A stretch of DNA of 64,000 nucleotides from Pseudovirgaria hyperparasitica (Eukaryota), in assembly GCA_010093815.1 (NCBI GenBank), contig ML996584.1. One strand, given 5' to 3'. Made by a program: the position numbers and the translations under genes. Under the pieces are notes generated by a model. That model saw nothing but the letters and a program-made list of their open reading frames with translations, made no database searches and was not told the origin of the DNA. Shown piece by piece: positions 54,249 to 64,000 of the stretch (position 1 is its first letter; every line of letters starts with the position of its first letter).

Positions 54249-56132
54249 ATGTCGTACCTCTCTATCAACGATGATCTAATAATGGCTCAACACGTGCAAC
54301 AACATGTTTCAGCACATCACATAACATCATCCGACTCGTCTCTACCAAGCCCTTCCGATGAACCTCTCCTCTCCAACCCTCCCGCCGAGCATCCCGGATT
54401 TGGCGGTATCGTGCCCGCATTGTCGAAGAAACTGGCCGAAGCTGATGTCCCAAGCAGTTTACCCTTCCCAGTCTCTGCCAGACCGGAAAGTCCAGGCTTC
54501 AATTCTGCAGACGAATACCTTCCTGCTCTCGGTATGAGAACGATTGCTGGCACTGTACTGCCTGAAAGCCCCCCCGAACTCAGTGACTCTGCTCTATTCA
54601 AGTCTCCAAATCTCCGTCTGCCGTCCTTTGTCGAGCTTGGCATCGCCGCACCGCATCCTGATCGCAAAGGTCACGTCCCACAAACCCCCTTCGCCATTGG
54701 TGTTGGTCCGCTATCCAAGCCCGAAGATCCTTTGCACGAGTTAAGTCCCATGCTGACAGCTCCCAATATCTTCCCTGACGGAGCACCTCTAAGCTCCCCA
54801 GAGCATGCACAGGGGAAGCATGCGTCCATCACACACTTTGTCCCAACCTTCACTCCACCTTACGATGGCACCATCAGCTGGGACCCCGTCACCCATGTCA
54901 AGACCGCTGCTGCTGTCTCTCCCGCGCAGACTGATCCAGACCAGTCAATCGCCAGAGACTGCGCGCATGGCCCCGAATCTGACCCCGCACCAGAGGCTGC
55001 GAACAACGCTCTCCTACATGCAAGTCTATACGACGACAAGGCTTGGCTGGGTGACGTAGTGAGCAGCATAGGTATGTGACTGGCTGTGTCGGTTATTGGT
55101 GGGCCCTTGCTAACAGCATGTACAGTCGCGAACTTGACCTCAATGTCTGACCTGCGGAGGGACAAAATCCAGATCTTGACCCACGCCTTACCGTGCCCCT
55201 CTGCCCAGGGACATGTCTTCCCCCACATCATCCGGGCCGTCAACGACTGTGCCTCGAGAATGCACACAGACACGGAAGCAATGCGGACCGTGTGGATCAG
55301 CGTATACCACGCCGTTCCCGGCCGCTTCAACATGGCAGACCTGCCTACCTCACCGCCGAGCACCCCCGGCCCGGCAATCGGAGGAGAAGACTACTTCGCA
55401 ACCAAGATCCTCGACAACGCCGTCACCATCACCGACTACCAAGGCGAACTCCAGCGCATCCCATCCCCACAGCCCGTCGCCACCCCCGGCTCCGTCCACG
55501 TCTCCATCGTCGAACGCTACATCCCGCCCACCAAGCCCACCGAATTCGCCGAAATGTTCAGCCTCACAGCGCGCCGATCCCTCCTCCTCGACCGCCTCGT
55601 CGAGCTCTCCCCCGACAACGGCACCCTGCTCTTCATCTACCCCACCGAAAACGGCGCCCGCACCTTCATCGACGAATACCTCAACCCCGTCATGGAATAC
55701 GCCATCAGAGAGCTCATGATGACCCAGAAGCTCCCCTCCGACATGGCCGCCGCCCTCGGCCGCACCGAGAGCGCCTCCCGCCTCCTCGAATTCGCCCGCG
55801 TGCGCTCAAACCTCGAGACTCTCTGCGCCCAGCTCAATAATCCACTTCACCCGCTCGGCCACTGGGGCATCCTTCGGCCCGCGCGGTACACCCTCATCGC
55901 CTCCTCCCGCCAGGAAGTCACTGTCGACCGCGCCGTCTGGGCACAGGAGTGGTGGACGAAGCAGGAGAAGACGCGCATTCGCGAGATCCTGGCTGGCTTG
56001 CCGGCTAAGAGCCCCATGAGCTCCGGCGTCATGATGCAGCGCTTCATCGACGAGATTGCGCATAGGGAGGCGAGGCTGCCGACGAAGGGCATCGAGGTGT
56101 GTGTTTTTATGATTGTGAAGACGGCGTTGTGA
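54249..56132 (+). CDS. Conserved fungal hypothetical protein
   Basis: Two long ORFs joined in frame by intron 55072..55125. Motifs RLPSFVELGI, DLPTSPPSTPG, VERYIPP and LLFIYPT. Confidence 0.82.
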
Positions 56133-56991
56133 GGGGGGGTTATGGGGGTCCTTGGGAGGGAAGGGGCATGGGAAGGGAAAAAAGGGGGTTTTAGAGAGGG
56201 GGGGCATTATATGGTGTCGCGGGTCTATTATGACGAGGGTCCTTTTTTTTTAGTCGGACAGAATACCCCGGGTTTTTCTGATAGGAAACAAAGTCGATTA
56301 GCGCATATTCAATGAGTTTTCCTGATGTTCTGTGCGTGTGTGATGGGGTTGTGTTTTGGCTGGCCTGGTGCTGATGGATCGGTGATGAGGGTGTAGATGT
56401 GTGTGATTGGGTGGTAGCTAGGTGGGTGTTTGCTGGTTTTGTCCTGTGAGAGGGATGGAGAGGGGGAGGGAGAGGCGGGCATGTTGGTGTTTGGGTGGAT
56501 GGGTAAATGGGTAGGTAGTAGGTGGGTATGGGTATGTGTGGTCATGGTCTAAGCGGCATCTCACGTCAAAATTCATAGCATGTCAAGTCACGTCACGTCA
56601 AGTCAAGCACGGTATCCCCAATCTCAGCAGTGATGCGACGTGATGTGATGCATGGGAAACAGCGGTTTTTTTTCTTTTCGAAATATATGCGGCGTGGGAC
56701 TGGGCGACGATCAAGTACCATCCCAAGCCTACAAACACAGGGCTTTCCCCCGGGAGATGCCTGTGAAACACATGTTTAAACAGCAGTTACCCGGATATCT
56801 TTCCCTCATAAGTGCTGCGCGGCCATATCCCACAACACAATAATAACAAAAAAAAAACACACTGTCCGTACATACATGATCAGGAAGTTCTCTCTTTTAT
56901 TTTTTTTAAGGGGGGAAAGGGATTTCTCCTCCTTATGCGCCGATTAGGCGTACAGCGTTTTTATAGTCCTTGGATGGATATCTTGGCGTGT

Positions 56992-58039
56992 CTACCAGTT
57001 GACGGCAGCGTCGCCGGTGCCCGCAGCAGGCGCGGCGGCCCAGCCCTCGTTGCCAGTTTCGGCGGCGGCGGCACCAGAGGCTGCGGCCCAGTCGCCAGCG
57101 CCGTCAGCGTCCCATCCAGCACCAGCACCAGCAGTCGCAGAGGCAGCAGCAAACGCAGCGGTGCTTCCACCCTGGACCTCCCACTCACTGGGGAATCCAC
57201 CCTCGACAGGACCAGCACCGACCTCGTCAGCGCCGGGCACCTTGGACTCGTCCACACCGGCAGAGTCCTTGTTCTCCTCGGCCTCGGGGTCGCGGTAGAA
57301 GTACAGATCGGTCATGACGTCCCACTCGGCCTCGCGGCTGGCAAGGGTGCCGCGCAGACGGAGCACCTCACGGGCGAGCATCCACCAGATCAGACCGATA
57401 GCGTGGCGACCCTTGTTGTTGGTCGGGATGGCGACGTCGACGTACTCGGTCGGGGAGTCGGTGTCGCAGAGGGCAATGACGGGGATGTTGACGTACGAGG
57501 CCTCCTTGATGGCCTGCGCGTCGGTGCGCGGGTCGGTCACGATGATCAGGCGCGGCTCCTTGAACGACCGGGTGATGTAGTTGGTGAAGTTACCGGGGGT
57601 GAAGCGACCAGCGATGGCGACGGCACCGGTGTGGGCGGCGAACTTCAGCACGGCGCGCTGGCCGTAGGGGCGCGCGGAGATGACGTTGATGTCGGCTGGG
57701 TTGTCGATGGCGGCGATGATGCGGGCTGCGAGAACAATCTTCTCCCTGTACAGTCTGTTAGTCTTTTGAGGCCTCAAGTGAGCGTTGAACGACCAAAATT
57801 CCGACGGCTTGGAAGTCGCTGGTTTGGCAGGCCTGGGAGGCTTCACAAGGGAACGTGTTCTGGTCTTACCATGTCTTTCCGATGTTGATCACATTGATAC
57901 CGTCAGGGCGAGTCTTCCATAGGTAGGGCTCCATGTGCACCTGCAGGTTCTTGGATCCGAGATGGCACTGAGCTGCCAGAAGCATCTCGACATCCTGGTT
58001 GGTGGCGTTGAAGATTGGGGGAAGGTTGTTGGGAGCCAT
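56992..58039 (-). CDS. RPS0: 40S ribosomal protein uS2 (S0/SA)
   Basis: [30 protein letters not shown] (intron 57746..57869), [11 protein letters not shown] and DLYFYRDP. Strong codon bias. Confidence 0.97.
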
Positions 58040-58300
58040 CTTGACTTATGGGTGAAGAGTTCAAGAGGGTGAGAAAGAATTGAAAGGAGTGCGACGGCGA
58101 GAAGAGAAGATTGTCCTTGAAGTCTTGCGGTTTTGCGCGATACATTGGGGGTGGGATGTCGATATTCGCTTAGCTTTTCGATGATCTAGCCACACTGAGA
58201 TTAGCGTGATATGGAGACCGCCGAACTTTGGCCGGCTTGCTCGATCTCCCTTGGCTCGTGGTGGAAAAGTTGATGCAGCTGGCATATGCGAGCAGTTGCA

Positions 58301-59410
58301 ATGCTCTCTCGAATACCAATCCTCAACTGCCTTCGGGCTCAAGTTGGTATGCTGCAGCGGACCTCTCAATTGATGAAGTGCTAATGACTCTATACAGGGG
58401 GACAAGCCTCGCAGAATGTCGCGCTTCTCCGATCCTTTTCAAGTTCGCCGTCCGTACAAGCATCCAGAAAGCAGAAGCACAAGCCGCGGCGGAGTTATCG
58501 CGACTTGTATGCGGCCGATTACAGAAAGAAGGCCAACATAGCCCGTCAAGAAGTCTTGAAAAAGGAGCGAAGTGAGCTAGCAGGAGATCCCGTCAAGGGC
58601 CGACCGACACCGTTTCTAGAATCTCTCGACACTGGCAAAGAGCCTGAGGTAGAGGTGCAAGATGCACCATACTTTCGACAAGGGGCCCGTGGCGATTGGC
58701 AGAAGAAGGTCTATCTTAGCTCTTACGTTCGGGAGGATGAGCTCGAAGAGGTTCTTAACAAAAGTCCAGAAAAGTCACACATGCTCATACGAAAACTCAA
58801 TGAAGCATGGCAGGATGATAATGCAGGCGTGAAACCCGTCCGGGGCTCGTTTGAAACCGACGAGGCATACGAAGCAGAGGTCAGAAGACGTCAAGAGTTG
58901 CGCGCCCCACTGAACAGGATTCACGATGAAGAAGCCAGAACTCTGGTTAAGAAGCGAATTACAAAAGACCATGATACCGCAAAAGAGTCTTTGAGACGGA
59001 TCTTGCAACTGGAGAATGCTAGTCACAAAGACATCTTTCACTCAAATGTGCTGCGATGCATCGATAAATTTGGTCGACACCACACAGACAAAATCTTGAA
59101 GCCGCCTCCCAACCTGAAGGACCAAAAAGCAGAGCCACGACCATATGCTCGTGGTGGCCCCGACACGGGAAGCTCTGAAGTTCAGATCGCTATTTTGACT
59201 GCAAAAATACAACGATTGTCGCGGATTGACCAAGAAGGGCAATTGAGGAAAGACAAGGCCAACAAGAGGAATTTGACTCTGCTTGTGCACAGGAGACAGA
59301 AGTTGATGAAGTACTTGTATAGAAAAGAGAAAGGTGGCCCGAGGTGGCAGCATCTGGTGGACACACTAGGGCTGGGCGACGCTATGTGGAAAGGCGAGAT
59401 TTCCCTGTAA
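58301..59410 (+). CDS. Mitochondrial ribosomal protein uS15m
   Basis: Presequence-like MLSRIPILNCLRAQ..LLRSFSSSP via intron 58347..58397. S15 motif DTGSSEVQIAILT..KDKANKRNL..LVHRRQKLMKYL. Confidence 0.9.
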
Positions 59411-59786
59411 TAATAACCCAATGTATCATCAGGATTGTAAGTTCTACTATTGTTCAGTCACTCGACAGCCTGTTCGCAACCTCGTATTGTCACTGGGGTA
59501 CATACAGACTTGTGCAAATGACTAAACACTGATACACGGAGATCCTATTCAATCAGAACTCGACTATTGTTCTTGGTAACGTGCCAGTGCTCCGCCGATC
59601 GACACTGACCATCCGATTGTTAGCGCCAAACCCCCACGGTTCGGTGCGGAACGTGGAACTCCACCTCCAGCCAGTGAACAAAGCCCAAGCCCTCTCTGCC
59701 TTCTTCAACTCTCTCTCTCTCTGTCCTCTTCTCCGACGCACAAAGCCCTCAATCAGTGTACGGAAAATTGCGACAGTACACCACAG

Positions 59787-61122
59787 ATGGCGTCCCCTTT
59801 GGTAACAAGTCCGCCGCACAAGGCCGTGGACCCGAACAAGAAAGCTCTCTATACGTTACGTGTGAGCGATAAGATCGGCAAGAGCGGAGGTACAGCGAGG
59901 AAGGGATACACAAGTGTAAAGCGTAAGTAAATGCAAGCTGGAGCACGTCAAAAGAACCATGCTGATATAGACAGTCAACTATAAACCCAATCTCAAAGGC
60001 GAAGACCGCACGACAACTATCACAACCTCCGCAGGCAATCTCGCCCGACTCACGCTTGCAGACAAAGGCCGCCCAGGCAAATTCACATACACAGGCCAGC
60101 GCACAAACGCGAAAAAGTCTTACGTCCTCGTATTCGACCATGACAACCATACCTGCACGCTCGAGCCGGTCTCAGCATCCTACAACTTCAATCTCAAGTC
60201 CACACCATACGAAACAAACGAGTCCACCCTCGAGCATAAATACCCCCAGATAGACCTCCGCTCCAATCCCGACGATGACGGAGCCAACGCCCTCGACGAC
60301 GGCGCAGAGAACCCATACGACTACAGAAACTTCATGGCACCCACGACAGACCGCGACTCCCTCTCTCCCCCCCAAACCTCCAGCGCCGCCCACACCCCCG
60401 AACTCCCCTCCAAGCGGCCCTCCAAACCACAAGCCCCAAGCCGCAAACCAACCACCACAAACTCCACCACAAAGCCGAAATCAAAACCCAAACAACCCGC
60501 TCGCCGCGCAAAATCCCCATCCCAATCCCCTCCCCGCGCATCCTCCCCGCCGCGCATCCATCTCGACCGCCGCGCCTCGACCGTCCACAAAGACGCCTCC
60601 TCACCCAGATCCGCCTCCTCCTCACGCGAGTCCTCCCCTTCCTCGCCCGTAGGCTTCGAGATCGACTACGGCGACTCACCGCCCGACAACCACAAGCCCA
60701 AGGGCCTGGGCCTGCACCTCCTCGACCACCACGCCAGCGGGCCCATATCCCTGCGCTCCGCGGCAAACAGTGCCTCGCCAAGCTCGCGCCTCCAGACACC
60801 GCACATACCACCACCACACGACGAGGAAGAAGCAGACTATGAGTTTGACTTTGGCGATACGCGCGGTGGTGCTGCAACTCGGCAGGACTCCGAGGACGAC
60901 GCTGAGGGCGAGGAAGATGATGAGGATGAGAGCGATGCCGATGCCGATGCAGATGCAGAGTCAGATCATGACGTCGAACCGATGGACATTGGACCGCCGG
61001 CGCAGGATACCGTAAAGGCGCAGCAGGCGGCCATGGCCATGGACGAGGAGGATGATTTGGATGACTTTGAGAAGGCCATGATGGAAGGCATGGAGAGTGA
61101 GAGCGAGAGCGAGGAGGAGTAG
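59787..61122 (+). CDS. EAF (ELL-associated factor) domain transcription elongation protein
   Basis: Spliced (intron 59923..59974) Y.SVK.NYKP..F.Y.G..KSYVLVFD..TLEP..YNFNL, then Pro/Ser-rich middle and acidic tail ending ESEEE. Confidence 0.8.
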
Positions 61123-61604
61123 TAGAATTGTGGGTCTTTGGATATGGATGGTGTCATGGCGCTGTGCAGGTTCCATTGTTCTACTGCGCAATATAGAACG
61201 CACCATTATGGTGGTTGCATGCATGAATAAGTGGCGTTTGTATCAAGGGTATGCATGCTTATTTTGCCTGTCACGGCATGTGTCTTCGACACTTATGCGA
61301 GCACGCGTCGAAGAAGTTCGATATCACGTTCAAAAGTACATAAATATCCAGTACCGTAGAACAAAAACAGCAATGACTGACTGAGCTCATGGCCAAAGGG
61401 CATGTAAATCAAGTTTCTCAACGCGCATATCCATGAAATTCTATCGATGTCCTGAAAACATTGCTCGAGTATGAAGACCCCGAGGGTTTATGCTGTCTAA
61501 CATTATGCCGCTCATATGTCCTGAACGCCTTGAAAACATGCATTGGATATCATGTCATTATAGCTGGCGGAGAAGCCATGTCCGTATTTGTTGGCCAATT
61601 TTTT

Positions 61605-63174
61605 TTACATCCACCAGAATAAACCCATTGTTATTGTGATGAGCGAGATTGCCATGTTCCTGACCTCATTTCCAGAAGTCGCAGCAACGCCACCGCCAGT
61701 CTGTGTCTCGGATGCAGAGGGCTCGGCGCCAGTATTGCCTGATTCCGCATTAAAATTGCCTTGATCGTTGGGATTGGCTGAAGCAGAAACAGAAGCAGAC
61801 GCAAAAGCAGTGGACGGGGATATAACTGAAGCTGTATCCAACGCAGTAGACGAAGAAAAGGAGCGATGCATACTTGCGCTCGGGCTGCTGCGACCAGAGG
61901 TGCTCGTCGGAGCATAGACCTGGCCAACAGAAGGCAGGTCGACATCGCCGTCGATCTCCCATGTGCCTGCAGTAGAGGCAGGGCACGGGGGAGCTGTGAG
62001 TGAAGGCGAGTATGCTGATTCCTTGATACCTGTGGGATTTAGTGTTGCCCAGTGCCTGGACAAGTTAGGAAAGTCAGGGGACAGGGGCGTCGGGGTGCCA
62101 GAGCGAGGAAATCCGTCTGGTGGTGCGTTATTAGAAGCAGGGTCGACCTTTGCGCCGTAGCTGATTAGGCCGTAATCATTTGCCTCCATAATCCACTCGT
62201 ATATGATAGCTCCAGACCAGTACTGGTTCATCTTGTCTCCAAGAATCGCCGCTTGGTCGTCAAATGTGCGCGGCTTGGGCACGATGCAGCCAGTTTCCGA
62301 AAAGTAGATGGGAACAGGAAAGTCCTTGACCATGTCGTTCAAGATTTCATATCCAGAAGTTTCATAGGTTGCGTCTCCGCACCATTCGTAAGCGTTCAAG
62401 GCGAAGAAGTCCAGAGATTCGTCTGCATTATCACCACAAACTAGGTAGTTCTGTAGCATGGGGCGGAGACTTGCAATATCGGCTATACGAGTGGTCAGAG
62501 CTGCCACGGACCTGTATGAAGCTGAACTTACCAGCTGAATAGCCGATTGGAACTTTGCGGTAGTTCTTGGAGTTGCGGTACGCCTTGAGATCGCGCGCGG
62601 CAGCCTTCACATAGGGCGCAGCCACAGATCCAGTTCCAGTGGTGAGAACCTCGTTGCCAACAAAGACGCCTCCTAAATTATCGTACTGGATGAAGGCATC
62701 GAGGACGTCTTGAAAGGCCTCTTTTTGGGTCGTGTTCCACCTTGGAGCAGTCTGTAGAGTTTAGGCAGTGAAACTTCAGTGAAATTCGCTACTTCTTACC
62801 TGCTCGATCTGTGTATCAAAAGTATCCAAATCTAACCATAAGTAGATACCAGCATCGGCAAAGGTGCGCATACAATCGTCGTGGTTACCACTAGGATCGA
62901 CATGGTACACACGAATAGCATTAGCTCCAATATCCTTCATAAGAGCAGCATCGAGAGAGCATTGAGTGTTGTCAATGAGAGGATCGTCGGGTACAAGCTG
63001 GTAAGCGATACCTGGAGCTTCGAATCAGTGGGTGAAGTAAAGTGGTCCATTGGACGTACCCTTCAAAAAGTACTGATCGCCATCGCTCGTGAAGAACTTG
63101 GATCCCTTTGTTGTTATGGTGGGAATAGCATTGACAGTAGCAGCCGCCGCCAGCAAGATCAGTGAGAGCATCAT
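61605..63174 (-). CDS. GH72 beta-1,3-glucanosyltransferase (Gas/Gel), GPI-anchored
   Basis: Signal peptide, [46 protein letters not shown] and SGAIIYEW motifs. Ser/Thr stalk and hydrophobic C-terminus. Three introns. Confidence 0.94.
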
Positions 63175-64000
63175 CGGACGGCTATAATTGGGATGCTAGG
63201 ATGAACGGTAAGTGGGCTATTCGCAGCTGGCTATGCGGTAAGTAAGTGAACGAGCGACACGAGAGCTAAAACGAATGCTGGTGAAGTTTACGAGGAAGGG
63301 TGAAAGATCATGACGAATAACAGAGAGTGGAGCATTGGAGAGATGGCGGCGATGAAAACGGAAGGAACCTTAAAAAAACAAGTGATATTGAGCAGGGAAA
63401 CAGCAACAAAAAGCTTCTGTTTCGCGCTTGTGCGGTGAATCGCGGGCGTTTGGAATTGTTTTTCCACTCGCCGCACCATCGTCATCTATCCTTAGCAGCT
63501 TATCTGTGCACATTCAGATCTGGAACTTCCCATTGGCTACAGATGCCTCGATTTGTTTTGAAACTTGGAGTGTCCAATCCTGACAGGCATCACAGCCAAT
63601 AAGCTTAAATCAAGCCCCACGTTCACGGCTTGTTAGTCTTGTCAGTCTGGTCTCCTTGTCGTTAATGACATAGCTTATCCTGGAATCTAAGGCCTGCAGG
63701 ATCATCCTTTGTCTCCGTGCTGCAACAAGGTCAACAAGGAGTCTGTGGAGATGTGGTGTGTATTATTGTTGGCATGGAACTGAGCACTGTATGCTGTGAT
63801 AGCTACTCAGGCTTCACTACGGTTGACTGATGCATAGGCGGTGCACACCTGTAAGACTTGGCTAGGAATGAATAATGGTCGTGAACACCTAATTACATGA
63901 AGTCGTGTAGTCAATCAAGACTTTGGGCCTCGGCATCCCGTCGTCAGCAGATTGCACAGGGGCAGCTTGTCAACCTATCAGCGACGCATCAGCCACAGTC

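Noticed and set aside
57746..57869. RPS0 intron as a snoRNA host
   Set aside because: No convincing C/D or H/ACA box arrangement is visible.
56812..57888. 358-aa + strand ORF
   Set aside because: Antisense shadow of RPS0 caused by its strong codon bias. No independent motifs.

Overview
Intron-containing fungal (filamentous ascomycete, Pezizomycotina-like) genomic DNA with about 26 protein-coding genes. I rebuilt most exon structures by hand from GT..AG and CTRAC branch signals. In order: two convergent cytochrome P450s (the first truncated by the window edge); a conserved hypothetical; a Cys-rich GPI-type surface protein; an Elf1/New1 (eEF3-family) ABC-F ATPase; an MFS sugar porter; the Slt2/MpkA MAP kinase; an Inn1/Fic1-like C2 protein; an SDR; POP1; a second SDR; a PTH11-like membrane protein; an orphan gene with a 48-nt tandem repeat beside a CACGTG cluster; dienelactone hydrolase; a CREG-like protein; a ~965-aa hypothetical; an HhH-GPD glycosylase with DEMETER-like motifs; APT1; signal peptide peptidase; RPC17; Arp10/RO7; a hypothetical with a very long repeat-rich upstream region; RPS0 head-to-head with mitochondrial uS15; an EAF-domain protein; and a GH72 glucanosyltransferase. 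I found no tRNA, rRNA, CRISPR or intact transposon. The most notable signals are recurrent C-rich to G-rich skew flips independent of gene strand, a P450 with a non-canonical I-helix, the DEMETER-like glycosylase, a possible SPIDR-like protein and the 33-35 kb accessory patch. All family calls come from motif recognition, not database searches.
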